Source: Bacteroidia bacterium (GTDB lineage: Bacteria; Bacteroidota; Bacteroidia; NS11-12g; UBA955). From it: a stretch of 64,000 nt of DNA. Shown in pieces: positions 38,569 through 48,876 of this stretch. Where the stretch lies: the NCBI GenBank assembly GCA_044224315.1, contig JBGAKR010000003.1:172510-236509 (forward strand), in the 5' to 3' direction. The notes below the pieces were generated by a model. The model searched no databases. It was not told where the DNA came from and was given only the letters and a program-made list of their open reading frames with translations. The position numbers were made by a program, and so were the translations under genes. Each line of letters starts with the position of its first letter. The stretch's first letter is position 1.

Positions 38569-38988
38569 ATGCAGGTAACAGAATTACCTTTTAACCAATT
38601 GATATGTATTGAAAAAAGCGAGGATTCCAGGTATTTGTTGCAACTGAGCTCAGATGCAAAATACGGCAACCACCTGGGAACTGTGCACGCTGCGGCCCTA
38701 TATGCACTTGCCGAAGCAAGCTGCGCCCAATTGTTAATTGTAGAATTGGGTAATCTGTCCAATCAATTCGTACCTTTACTTCGCAATGCCGAAGTAAAAT
38801 ACAGTAAACCTGCAGTGGGGCATGTGTTTTCCAACGCAATATTTGTACATACAAATAAAACCGAAATCGAAAGCACACTGAATCAAAAAAAACGCATGTT
38901 GCTCACCATTCAGGTACAGTTATTTTTGCAAACAGGCGAAAAAGTAATGCAGGGTAATTTTGATTGGTTTATATCTGCAATGCAATAA
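38569..38988 (+). CDS. hotdog-fold thioesterase-like protein (YiiD C-terminal domain-like)
   Basis: 139 aa. HAAALYALAEAS pattern typical of PaaI/YiiD-like hotdog domains. Tentative. Confidence 0.35.
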   Translation: MQVTELPFNQLICIEKSEDSRYLLQLSSDAKYGNHLGTVHAAALYALAEASCAQLLIVELGNLSNQFVPLLRNAEVKYSKPAVGHVFSNAIFVHTNKTEIESTLNQKKRMLLTIQVQLFLQTGEKVMQGNFDWFISAMQ

Positions 38989-39030
38989 CCTTCAAAGATT
39001 AAGTATTTCTTATTAAGCGCAAAAATAGCT

Positions 39031-39951
39031 TCAGGGTTGGTTTTGCAGCATCAATTTGCCGGAATAGTTACCTGCAAATACGGTGTATAAACCCGCAGGT
39101 AAATGGCTGGTTTCAATTTCAATTTGTGTGCAGTTTTGAACCTGCTGGCTATAAACACATTGTCCGTAAACATTCAGCAATTGCACAGTCCCTGTGTAGT
39201 TTTTGTAAAAAATCAATTGCACATTTTTACTGGCCGGATTTGGATAAAGTTTGGCCTCCGGCAGCGCACTTTTGTTAAGTCGAAGCGCCTCTTTCGGATT
39301 TACAACACCGTTCCAGATACGGATATGGTCTACTTTTCCCGAGGGTGTAAATTCGCCGTTTGTAATACTGTCGTCATTAAAAAAATTGATAATATAATTA
39401 TTCCCATTATTTTTAATATTTAATTCTTCAAATTGCGAGAAACTGGCAAAGCTTTCAAGCAAGGTTAATCCGCTATCCAGCAAATAACAGTATCCACTAT
39501 CCACGTCAAATGAGCTATCTCGCACAAATAATATATCGTGCCATTGATTTTGACTGATATTGGTAGTTCCATACTTTCCGCTGGAATAAATGCGCAAACT
39601 GCCGTTAATATAAATTCCCTGGTCGGATTTTAAACCGCTGAAATCCATGAGTTTCCTGTAACCCTGGGTTCTCGCATAATTTATTCGTACCAATACTGAA
39701 TAATGTTTTGGGTTGAGTAAATTGCTTGGAATTTTTGCAACAAAACCCCCGCCGTTTTTTGTGGAATCGCTCTGCCAGCGGCAAAAACCAGAGTCATAAC
39801 TCAATGGATTGTTTTGAAAAGAAGTAAGGGTGCAATTGCTTTGATTATCATTGAGGTTGCCATTGAATTCAAATTCACCCACCAGATTTTGTCCGGCTAT
39901 TGACATGGCGGTTCCGCTGAATATCAAGGTAATAAGTAAGTGTAGTTTCAT
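39031..39951 (-). CDS. secreted LamG/concanavalin-like domain protein with a T9SS C-terminal sorting domain
   Basis: Signal peptide. C-terminus ...LYPNPASKNVQLIFY...LPAGLYTVFAGNYSGKLMLQNQP. Confidence 0.6.
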   Translation of the reverse strand: MKLHLLITLIFSGTAMSIAGQNLVGEFEFNGNLNDNQSNCTLTSFQNNPLSYDSGFCRWQSDSTKNGGGFVAKIPSNLLNPKHYSVLVRINYARTQGYRKLMDFSGLKSDQGIYINGSLRIYSSGKYGTTNISQNQWHDILFVRDSSFDVDSGYCYLLDSGLTLLESFASFSQFEELNIKNNGNNYIINFFNDDSITNGEFTPSGKVDHIRIWNGVVNPKEALRLNKSALPEAKLYPNPASKNVQLIFYKNYTGTVQLLNVYGQCVYSQQVQNCTQIEIETSHLPAGLYTVFAGNYSGKLMLQNQP

Positions 39952-40018
39952 AGTTACTAATGAGATGCAAAATTATTTTGAATATGGTTTGTAAACCAAT
40001 TACTTGATAAAAATTATA

Positions 40019-40056
40019 CCATTTTATATAAAAAAAGCCTTGTTGAAGAATCAACA
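40019..40056 (-). terminator. rho-independent terminator downstream of the CRTAC1-like gene
   Basis: aaaaaagccttgttgaagaatcaacaaggctttt. On the minus strand the hairpin is followed by a T-run. Confidence 0.75.
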
Positions 40057-40081
40057 AGGCTTTTAGAATAGGAGAGTGGAA

Positions 40082-43000
40082 TCAGGGTTTTACTTCGCGT
40101 TTTTGGCCTTTTGAATTAATAAATGTAATGCTCACTACATTTTCATCTACCCAAACACCGGGCTGGCTGGCACTTAAATAACCACTGCCGTAGGTCATAT
40201 TTTCATTTCTTGTTTTGCCGCTTTTCAAAGATACCAGTGCTTTAATATCCGTTTTGTCGGCAGCAATAAAACGCAATTTGTGCTTGGTGGTGAATACTTT
40301 GGCTGGTCCATAATTTTGAGTAGCAACAATGCCTAATCCAGTGCCTTTTATATCGATGGTTACCAGAGATTTTGCATCACCCGGCACATAAAATCCATTT
40401 TGCAAACCGTCAGAAAAAATAAGGTCGCTGCCTGTGCTTGTAAGTATAAACCCGTTCAGAGCGTCATCTTTACCATGCTGCACCCTGGGCGAGTTTGAGT
40501 TTCCGGTGCCAAAAATGTCATTAAATCCGTCACCGTTCATATCCACAGCCACAAGTCCGAAAATTTGGCTGGCCTGCGCACGGCGGGGAAGTTCAAAAAG
40601 TTCAAAAGTACCACTGTTATTTCTCAAGGCTAAACTGCCAAAAAAGCTGGCTGAATAAGCATTTTTCTTCATATTCTCTTCACCAAAAACCTCAGGTGCT
40701 GTTTTGCTCGCCATCTCGGCATAAGTAGTGAATTTTTTACGCATGAAACCGGGGTAGGACATGGCCATTTCGTCGAGTTGGTACAATGGATATTCTTTGG
40801 CATTGCGGAAATAGGTCATCCATAAATCAGTATTGCCATTACCATCCAAATCGGTCCAGTAAATTTTTACCGGATTATTGGGAGTGGCTTTGATAAAGCT
40901 GTTTAAGCCCTTGTTACCACATATGAAATCCAAATCACCATCATTGTCAAAATCTACGGGCAATATGCTGTTGTACCAGCCTGAGGTATTATTTGTACCT
41001 ACAGCAGCAGTTTGGTCGGAAAATTTGCCGCCATTATTCGACAGGAAGGTTACATTCATCCATTCACCTGCAAGTATCAAATCAAGTTTATTATCGCTGT
41101 TATAATCGGCAAACACTGCTGCGCAAATCATGGGCGTTTTTGTTAAAATCGGTGCCCAGCTTTGGGTAATATCTACAAATTTGCCGTCGTCGTTGCGCAA
41201 TAGGTAACTGCGGTTCGGAAACTCGGGGTATTTGCCAGGCAGCAACCTGCCTGAAACAAATAAATCAAGATCGCCATCGGCATCAATATCCCCGGCGGTA
41301 AGGCAACTGCCACTACAGTTTACTTCGGGCAGGGCTTGAGAATTATCGCTAAAACCGCCTTTGCCGTCATTTTGATACAAATGGTGCTGATAATTGGGGT
41401 TGGGCCAGGCATATTCACTGCCTCCGGATACCAGGTAAATATCATTGTCATTATCACCATCCGCATCAAAAATCAAGCAGCCTAATACATCCACTTTCAG
41501 GCCGTTCCAGGGTTGTGAACCATTAAGCTTAAACTTGCCATCCTCAGTTTGCACATATAGTTTACTGCCGCTGCCCTCACGTGCATTGGTAATTAATAAA
41601 TCGGCCATGCCATCGCCGTTTATATCACCTGTGGCGGCACCTGGCCCTAGTTTTGAAAAAATATGGGGTAATAGGGGCTCGCGTTTAAAATCCCAGTTAT
41701 CGGTTTCTTCATGGGTATAATTTAATCCGCATTGCTCCGTAATGTCTTCAACGGTATAGGTTTCATCATTTTTGTATTGGTAAGTGCCACTCGCTTTGCT
41801 CTCATCAAGGGTAAGCAATTGGTTTGCCTTAACATCTTTCAGTTCTTCAAATTCTCCATTGGGCCATACCACCACCAGTTTATTAAGTTTGCTTGAATTT
41901 CCCAGACCTATATGAATCAAAGGCTGACTGCTGCTTTGATAACCATGGGTAAGTTGCATTTCGTACACCTGGGTTCCGCTATCGTTGCTTGCAAAAACTT
42001 TGGCACCAATACCCATTTGGTTGTTCTTTTTACCACCTTTAAGTTTTAAATCCAGGTAATTGCCTTTGGTGGCAATGTTTTTATAAACATGAACCGGATC
42101 GCCCTGGTTACATAGCACCAAATCCAAATGTCCGTCGTTGTTCAGGTCGGCATAAGCACTACCGGTAGATAGGGTAGGTTCATCCAATCCCCAGGTGGCA
42201 GTGGTATTCTCAAATAAATAGTCGCCCCGGTTGCGGAAAGCATAATTCTGCAATTTTTCAAAAGGCAGTTTATTCAATGTTTCCTGCTTGGTTACCAATT
42301 GCTTTTTCTGCTTCATTTTCCGATCCTGGTATAAAACATAGTCCAGGTTGGTTACATCGCGGTAATAGCCGTTAGAGATGTAAATATCAGTTAATCCATC
42401 ATTGTCAAAATCGGCAAACAGCGGGCTCCAACTCCAATCTGTGCGCGCCACTCCGGTAAGATAGGCCAAATCGCTAAAATACCCGTGAGAGTTGGTTTGA
42501 AGCGTGTTGTGCATGTACTGATAACCATATCCATTTTTAAGGGCGGTCATAAAATTATCAAAATCCTTAGGCCCTCCCATTTGAATAAACCTGCGTGGGT
42601 CATCGGTAAGCATATCTACCGTCATTAAATCAAGCCAGCCATCGCGGTTATAGTCGGCAGCATCGCTACCCATGCTATTGGTGCTGGTATGTTTAAAGTA
42701 CTTAGCCATACTTTCGGTAAAGGTGCCATCGCCGTTATTCAGATAGTAGTAATCTGGCACCTGATAATCGTTGCACACATAAATATCCAGTTTGCCATCG
42801 CGGTTAAAATCACCGGGCATTGCACTCAGGCAATATCCCATGGCCAGCATTCCGGCTTCTTCAGTTACATCGGTGTATTTATTGCCGTCGTTTCTAAAAA
42901 GGTGCTGTTGGTTGGTTTCGCTCATATTCAGCGTACGCTTCCATTTAATTTCAATCTGCGCAAAATATTTTTCGGCATGATTACCCAGGTATAAATCCAG

Positions 43001-43573
43001 GTCTCCATCAGCATCATAATCCCAAAATGTGGCGCAAGTGGCATTTCCACCATCAGCCACGCCCCATTCTTTGCCTTTTTCGCTAAAGGTGCCGTTTTTG
43101 TTATTGATAAACAAAAAATTGGTTTTTGCCTCAAGGCTTTTTTCCGGACCACTGCGGCAAATGTATATATCCATGAAACCGTCGTTATTTACGTCGGCCA
43201 TCGATATTCCACTCATCCAGCCATAGGTTTTGAGCCCCGCTTTTTGGGTAATATCTTCAAATTTAAAATCACCCTTGTTCAGGTAAAGTTTAGCCGGTTT
43301 TTCATTTCCGGAAAATACCAGGTCTACCAATCCGTCGTTATTAATGTCGCCCGCAGCTACACCCGCACCATTATACAAATAGTGGTAAGTCATCTGGTTC
43401 AAACTATCCGTTTCAGGAATGGTATTGGTAAAATCTATCCCTGTGTTTTTAGAATCCAGTAATTCAAAAATTTTCTCTCCCGCTGCGTTGTCATCTTTTT
43501 TGCCGCATGATATCATTGCAGTGAAAATCAAAGTTGTAGCGAAGGTTGCTACAAGCAAAAGCCTTTTTAACAT
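40082..43573 (-). CDS. CRTAC1/ASPIC-family lipoprotein with multiple FG-GAP/VCBS repeats and an UnbV_ASPIC-like C-terminal domain
   Basis: 1163 aa. Lipobox ...AMISCGKK. Recurring GDINNDGxxD/DxDGDGDxD calcium-binding beta-propeller repeats. Confidence 0.75.
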   Translation of the reverse strand: MLKRLLLVATFATTLIFTAMISCGKKDDNAAGEKIFELLDSKNTGIDFTNTIPETDSLNQMTYHYLYNGAGVAAGDINNDGLVDLVFSGNEKPAKLYLNKGDFKFEDITQKAGLKTYGWMSGISMADVNNDGFMDIYICRSGPEKSLEAKTNFLFINNKNGTFSEKGKEWGVADGGNATCATFWDYDADGDLDLYLGNHAEKYFAQIEIKWKRTLNMSETNQQHLFRNDGNKYTDVTEEAGMLAMGYCLSAMPGDFNRDGKLDIYVCNDYQVPDYYYLNNGDGTFTESMAKYFKHTSTNSMGSDAADYNRDGWLDLMTVDMLTDDPRRFIQMGGPKDFDNFMTALKNGYGYQYMHNTLQTNSHGYFSDLAYLTGVARTDWSWSPLFADFDNDGLTDIYISNGYYRDVTNLDYVLYQDRKMKQKKQLVTKQETLNKLPFEKLQNYAFRNRGDYLFENTTATWGLDEPTLSTGSAYADLNNDGHLDLVLCNQGDPVHVYKNIATKGNYLDLKLKGGKKNNQMGIGAKVFASNDSGTQVYEMQLTHGYQSSSQPLIHIGLGNSSKLNKLVVVWPNGEFEELKDVKANQLLTLDESKASGTYQYKNDETYTVEDITEQCGLNYTHEETDNWDFKREPLLPHIFSKLGPGAATGDINGDGMADLLITNAREGSGSKLYVQTEDGKFKLNGSQPWNGLKVDVLGCLIFDADGDNDNDIYLVSGGSEYAWPNPNYQHHLYQNDGKGGFSDNSQALPEVNCSGSCLTAGDIDADGDLDLFVSGRLLPGKYPEFPNRSYLLRNDDGKFVDITQSWAPILTKTPMICAAVFADYNSDNKLDLILAGEWMNVTFLSNNGGKFSDQTAAVGTNNTSGWYNSILPVDFDNDGDLDFICGNKGLNSFIKATPNNPVKIYWTDLDGNGNTDLWMTYFRNAKEYPLYQLDEMAMSYPGFMRKKFTTYAEMASKTAPEVFGEENMKKNAYSASFFGSLALRNNSGTFELFELPRRAQASQIFGLVAVDMNGDGFNDIFGTGNSNSPRVQHGKDDALNGFILTSTGSDLIFSDGLQNGFYVPGDAKSLVTIDIKGTGLGIVATQNYGPAKVFTTKHKLRFIAADKTDIKALVSLKSGKTRNENMTYGSGYLSASQPGVWVDENVVSITFINSKGQKREVKP

Positions 43574-43659
43574 GCTACAAACATAGTTAATCAGGGGTAA
43601 AATAGGAATGCCTGTGCTTAAAATCTAATTGACAGCAGTAAGGCAATCTGCAAGGGCGT

Positions 43660-44325
43660 CTATTCTTTGTCGTACGACAGGCGACTGTTGCCATGAATAG
43701 GTATTTTTTTACCTAAAAATTTAGGTTGCACCCCCAACAAAATTTCTAAAAATGCCTTTGTGCAAGCAAGGATTTCCCGGATTTTTTTGCTTCGATATCC
43801 TCCGTAATTTCGCAAATCACAGGTAACTCCGCTGGCATTGAGCCCGCAACCTTTGGCCAGATATAAACTGCGATGCATATACATCGTTTGGGTAACAACA
43901 ATAGCATCTGTAACTCCAAATATTTTGGCAGCGCGCATCATACTGCTATGGGTATCAAAGCCGGCATGATCCAGAAATATCACCGAATCGGGTACTCCTT
44001 TCTGGTTGAGATATTGTTTCATATGGTTTACCTCATCATAGCTCTCCTGGCCATGGTCGCCGGTTAATAAAAAACGTTGAATTTTCTTTTCAGTATAAAG
44101 GTTAAAAGCCACATCCAACCTATCGGCCAGTATGCTACTGGGTTTTCCGTTGTACCGAACCAAGGCCCCCGGAACAATGGCAGTGTATGCGTGCCGGGCT
44201 TGGGCCGTTTTATCTGTTATTAGGGCAGAATTGGATGTTTGTATATACAAATATGCGCCCGCAACCACTAGAATTAGCAGGCAAAAGCCAATCAATAAAA
44301 TTCTCCAAACGATTTTCAATCTCAC
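43660..44325 (-). CDS. SanA/YdcF (DUF218) family membrane protein
   Basis: N-terminal transmembrane segment, then the DUF218 core (AIVPGALVRYNGKPS...LLTGDHG...IVVTQTMYMHRSLYLA). Confidence 0.7.
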   Translation of the reverse strand: MRLKIVWRILLIGFCLLILVVAGAYLYIQTSNSALITDKTAQARHAYTAIVPGALVRYNGKPSSILADRLDVAFNLYTEKKIQRFLLTGDHGQESYDEVNHMKQYLNQKGVPDSVIFLDHAGFDTHSSMMRAAKIFGVTDAIVVTQTMYMHRSLYLAKGCGLNASGVTCDLRNYGGYRSKKIREILACTKAFLEILLGVQPKFLGKKIPIHGNSRLSYDKE

Positions 44326-44349
44326 TTTTCAAACATACAAATAATCCCC

Positions 44350-46371
44350 CTATTTTGGTTTTTTTCGGGTAATTCGTTTATAATATTTATTAGATTTTAT
44401 CCAGCCGCGGCGCACAATTTTGCGGTTTACCAATAGCACTCTCCGTATACTGTTATAATGATTGCGGATATGCGAGTTTTGTCCTTTGGATAAATATTTA
44501 GTCAAATAAATATCATAATAACCACGCCTTTTTATTCGGTGTAAATATTTGCGCACATAAACCTGGGTGCCGGTATCCAAGTGATGCAAGGCGGTTATCC
44601 AGCCCTTAACAAATGCGCGTTCATACACTATAAAACTGTCATATTCCATTTTAAAAGTGGTATACCGGGCTGTTATTCCGTCGTCTGCTGTAATGGAGCC
44701 TTTGTAGTTTTTAAATGCACGCATTTGATTGCGATACAGGCGATGTATGAAATGAAATGCATGCATTTTTTCAATAAAAAGTTTGCGCATACTATCGCTT
44801 AATGCAATATTATTTATGAGTAAACCTTGCTTACACAATGCATTGTATTTTAGCAGGGTATCGCGTTGCAATTTCATAAAATGATCCAGGTTGTCCTGTC
44901 CAAAAATGCGCAATGCAATTATCCCACCCATCAATTGGCTGGTATAAACGGCGTTTATGTAAAAATGTTGCAACGAATCTCTGAATGTTTTGGTAAGGTT
45001 GGGCACACGCCAATCATCAAACAGATGTTGTTTTAGTATAGTAATACTATCATGAATTTTGCCTATAAGGGTATCGGCCTTTTTTTGCCTGTCGGGATGG
45101 TTTCGGGATCTGCTCCATTTCTTTTTCTCAAACCCTTCCGAATAGGTATAACGCGACCATTTTAAGTCAGCATGCAGGGCCTTATAAGTTTCACTTTTGA
45201 TCTGGTGAATTCGGGTAATTTTCTTATCCAGCAGTTTTTTATTGCGCTTTGATGTGCGGATTATTTGTTTATCTACCTGCATGGCTAAATTTTTCTTTAA
45301 ACGCACTTTGCGCATTAATTGCATTTTTTGCAGTTTAAAATCCACACCGGCCGAGTCGTAAAATATCATGCCGCTATCACCGAATTTAATGGCCTCCCGG
45401 GCTTTTTTTAGCTCAGTGAGTGAATCGCCCCCGGGTTCGAAGTCTTCAATTTTTCGTTTCAATAAATATGTATAGGATATCCCAATATCGAAATGATTGA
45501 TATACCCAAATTTATGGGCATCCAAACCAATTTTTATTATTTGATCCTCATCGCTCAGCGTGCTGAAAGCACTGCGCTTGCCTTCATTGGCGTAATCATA
45601 TTCGGTACTTTCAGTTTTTCTGTAGTGCAGATAATGGGCGCTGTCGTGCACAAATGAATCGATTGTAATAGGCGGTGCAAGCAATTGCCAGTACGGAACA
45701 GATGCTAAGTGATCTGCGCTGAAATAATTCCCCGATTTTAAAAAATAATTGTATCTGGGGGCTGGCACAAACCGGGGTTTATACCTGTAAGGAGGCAAAT
45801 GGCCTAAGGTAAAAATCCATTTTACAGTGCCCCAAAATGTTTTACCAACCACTTTCACATATCCTGCATCCCAGGTGGCATCCAGCAATTTCCATTCCCC
45901 ATCCAGGTAAACCGCATTCCAAATATGTTCGGAAACGTAAAAACTGTCGGCCAAATCAGTTTCATACGTTTTAACATAACCCGGCACACCCACCGATGAA
46001 ATACCGGCCTCTTTGCACATTTCATTTATCAAATCGCTATACCCCTGGCATATGGCCCGGCGTTTTTTAAGTATATTATTTACTTCGTTTTTAGAATAGT
46101 CTCCGATTGCAGCTTTAACATAATTGTATTTGATGTGCGTAATAACCCAGGTGTAAATGGCACACAGCTTATCTTCATCTGTACTTAGATTTTTAGTTAA
46201 GTATGCAGTGAGAGTGGCTACATCTCTTGATTTAAAATAGGGTACGCGTTTGATTTTACAGGGTGTGGAGGAATAAACCTTAATGGGTTTTACCACTGCA
46301 GAATCGGATTGCGAATGCAGATAGCGGGGTATTAAAATATACAAAAAAAACAGAATGTGTAAAAAACGCAT
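44350..46371 (-). CDS. secreted transglutaminase-like (papain-fold Cys-His-Asp) domain protein with a long poly-basic C-terminal region
   Basis: Signal peptide. Catalytic-core pattern CQGYSDL...HIWNAVYLDGEWKLLDATWD. The C-terminal ~350 aa are K/R-rich, ending RKIVRRGWIKSNKYYKRITRKKPK. Confidence 0.65.
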   Translation of the reverse strand: MRFLHILFFLYILIPRYLHSQSDSAVVKPIKVYSSTPCKIKRVPYFKSRDVATLTAYLTKNLSTDEDKLCAIYTWVITHIKYNYVKAAIGDYSKNEVNNILKKRRAICQGYSDLINEMCKEAGISSVGVPGYVKTYETDLADSFYVSEHIWNAVYLDGEWKLLDATWDAGYVKVVGKTFWGTVKWIFTLGHLPPYRYKPRFVPAPRYNYFLKSGNYFSADHLASVPYWQLLAPPITIDSFVHDSAHYLHYRKTESTEYDYANEGKRSAFSTLSDEDQIIKIGLDAHKFGYINHFDIGISYTYLLKRKIEDFEPGGDSLTELKKAREAIKFGDSGMIFYDSAGVDFKLQKMQLMRKVRLKKNLAMQVDKQIIRTSKRNKKLLDKKITRIHQIKSETYKALHADLKWSRYTYSEGFEKKKWSRSRNHPDRQKKADTLIGKIHDSITILKQHLFDDWRVPNLTKTFRDSLQHFYINAVYTSQLMGGIIALRIFGQDNLDHFMKLQRDTLLKYNALCKQGLLINNIALSDSMRKLFIEKMHAFHFIHRLYRNQMRAFKNYKGSITADDGITARYTTFKMEYDSFIVYERAFVKGWITALHHLDTGTQVYVRKYLHRIKRRGYYDIYLTKYLSKGQNSHIRNHYNSIRRVLLVNRKIVRRGWIKSNKYYKRITRKKPK

Positions 46372-46482
46372 TGTTTAGTAAACGCGAATTAAGGTAAATC
46401 GTTACAATTTGAATTGCCTTTCAAATTTCAACCAACGATTTTACCGAATTTTCTGTCGTTGTATAAAATTCGTTTGGTTTGA

Positions 46483-48876
46483 ATGAAACCTAATTTCCTA
46501 TATTTGACCCTTATGACGCTTTTCAGGCCCAAACATTTTGCCCTTTGGGCGCTTATGTGCGGTTCTTTTTATACCCTTTCTTCTCAGGAAACCAAGGATT
46601 CGCTCCGATTGTGGAATTTGCTCAACCACAATGATATGAATACCGAAAAAACCATAGACCAATCCGAAATTCCCAGCAATACAGGTACTTTTTTCAAAAC
46701 CAATCCAAACGACAAAACCGAGCAAATACTGGTAATCACCGGTGAGTTTATAAGCAGGCTCAATTACAATACGCTAGGCGATGTGCTAAAGGATTTACCC
46801 CAATTTTATGTAAATCAGCCGGGTTCGGCCTTGCAAGGCGAAGTTTTTTATTCTGCAGGACTGAATGGCAATGAAAACTATGCAATATTAATCAACGGAG
46901 TGCCGGTGCATACCTATTTCTCGGCCGGTTTTCCTGTAGCCAATAATTTGCCCATCCGCCAGGCCCAGCGTATCGAAATATCTTTTAATCCCGCCTCTGC
47001 CCGCTATGGTTCAGGAGCCACCTTGGGGGTTATCAATATTATTACCCCTCAAACCGAGAGACCTGTTTATATCAAAGCCAGCCTCAATGGGTTCTCAAAT
47101 AATTTTAATAATATGAGTTTGCTGGTGGGAGGTAAATTTGGCAAAGGCCGCAATACAGTGCGGTTTGATGTGTATGGCAATTATCAGAAGTACGCAAATA
47201 TTAAATTAAAATCCGATACGCAAATCAGTAGTTTGTATAATTACCGGTACAAATATTATCCGTATTTCAACAATACAAATTACAAGCAATTGCCGCCTGA
47301 CAATGGTCCGGTAGAACACCTCAGCGACCTTACCGGATTGAATGTATATTACCGCAATTGGTATCTGATGTTTAATAGCGCCAACCGCAAAGACCAGGCT
47401 TCAAATGGCTTAAATCCACTGGCGATGTACAAGGATGTGGCCAATTTTTTTGTATCCGACCGGCAATTAAATTTTGCCATCACCAATGAAAAAACCAAAA
47501 AAAACCGACACAATTTTTACCAGGGCAGGGTTTCGTATTATCGCATCCAATCGGGCAGTGCGGCCAAATATATTTTTCCGGCCCTCAAACAGGCTGCATT
47601 CGATTATCTGATTGAAAACCTGAAAGGAACTGTACCCAAAGATTCTATCCCTTTTATTGTAAATCGCAATTTGCAAAAACTCGATGCCCATTTGTTTGAC
47701 CAGGTTAGATTTGTACGCGGAGGTGCACTCGATATTAATTTAACTGTATTGAGGGAATTTTCTATAAAAAACCTTCAAATTAAATATGGTTTTAATTATA
47801 CAATCGCTGGTGGTACCGCTATTAACCGGTACAGCCGCACACCTTATTACGATAATATATTCAGCTCCGATACCAATACAATTACTTCCAATATCGGTCG
47901 TAATAATGCATATTTTACCGGAATGGGCTCCATTGTGCTGGGAATAAGCTATAAATTCAAGAAATATAATTTTGATTTTTTCAACTCCTTACAGAGTGGA
48001 AATATCTTAACCACAGGTAATAATAAATCGGTAAATATGCCCTCTCTGCGCATTACACGAAAACGCGGTAAAGATAAGTCCGCATGGTTTTTGGTATACA
48101 GCATGGGGATGGATGCATTTAACCCTACACGCAAAGAAAATCAATATAAGTTTACCCGGGTTACCCAGGATTCGCTTGCCATCGAACGCGATTTTTCAAC
48201 TTATAGTTATACAAAAAAAACACAGATATCTTTTGGTACACAACGCAATTACCTGTTTTATTCTAAAACAACAGGTATACCGGTTATTGGGTTTTATGAT
48301 GAAAATTACAATTACTCGAGGGTAGCAACTGTTAATACACGCTATTATGGCAACTATATATCACCCAATTCAATCCTCGAACATTATGGAATAACCATGG
48401 TATCGCCAGATTTGAATACAAATTCATTTACCAGTGGAATTTATTCGGGCAATGATACTTCTCATCAATATGGATGGAAGTTGGGCGTTAAAACAATCGC
48501 TTTATTTTCAGTTCAAAAGTATACTTTGCCCAATGCCGATGGAGTTCAAAAAACAAATTATTTTACCCCTTCCAATAAAATCAGATTTAATTTTTATTTA
48601 AGCAATGGCCGCAATTGGATGTTTACTTTCCTGTATAACCTGCAAAATAAGGTACGTCCAAGCTTTTATTACGATGCTGTTTTACCCAACAAACAAACCA
48701 TAGATTTATTATTTAACTACAACTTTACCCGTCAATTTTCTGCCAATATTAAATTATTCAATATTACCGGCACCAATCTGTTTGGCCCGCAGGCCACTGG
48801 CTCGGTAGATGATTTGAATCTTCAGCCCCAGCGGTATTTACGCATGTTAATAACAATGAATTATGCCCTGGAATAA
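46483..48876 (+). CDS. TonB-dependent-receptor-like outer-membrane protein (plug domain plus large beta-barrel), divergent
   Basis: Plug-domain pattern ILVITGEFISRLNYNTLGDVLKDLPQ...AILINGVP...IEISFNPASARYGSGATLGVINIIT. About 600 aa of Tyr/Asn/Gly-rich beta-strand sequence follow. The C-terminus lacks the usual terminal aromatic residue. Confidence 0.5.
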   Translation: MKPNFLYLTLMTLFRPKHFALWALMCGSFYTLSSQETKDSLRLWNLLNHNDMNTEKTIDQSEIPSNTGTFFKTNPNDKTEQILVITGEFISRLNYNTLGDVLKDLPQFYVNQPGSALQGEVFYSAGLNGNENYAILINGVPVHTYFSAGFPVANNLPIRQAQRIEISFNPASARYGSGATLGVINIITPQTERPVYIKASLNGFSNNFNNMSLLVGGKFGKGRNTVRFDVYGNYQKYANIKLKSDTQISSLYNYRYKYYPYFNNTNYKQLPPDNGPVEHLSDLTGLNVYYRNWYLMFNSANRKDQASNGLNPLAMYKDVANFFVSDRQLNFAITNEKTKKNRHNFYQGRVSYYRIQSGSAAKYIFPALKQAAFDYLIENLKGTVPKDSIPFIVNRNLQKLDAHLFDQVRFVRGGALDINLTVLREFSIKNLQIKYGFNYTIAGGTAINRYSRTPYYDNIFSSDTNTITSNIGRNNAYFTGMGSIVLGISYKFKKYNFDFFNSLQSGNILTTGNNKSVNMPSLRITRKRGKDKSAWFLVYSMGMDAFNPTRKENQYKFTRVTQDSLAIERDFSTYSYTKKTQISFGTQRNYLFYSKTTGIPVIGFYDENYNYSRVATVNTRYYGNYISPNSILEHYGITMVSPDLNTNSFTSGIYSGNDTSHQYGWKLGVKTIALFSVQKYTLPNADGVQKTNYFTPSNKIRFNFYLSNGRNWMFTFLYNLQNKVRPSFYYDAVLPNKQTIDLLFNYNFTRQFSANIKLFNITGTNLFGPQATGSVDDLNLQPQRYLRMLITMNYALE

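Noticed and set aside
48863-48876. Possible frameshift joining the TBDR-like gene and the cyclase gene
   Set aside because: The overlap is a clean 14-nt, out-of-frame start/stop overlap typical of translational coupling. The cyclase begins with a plausible signal peptide.
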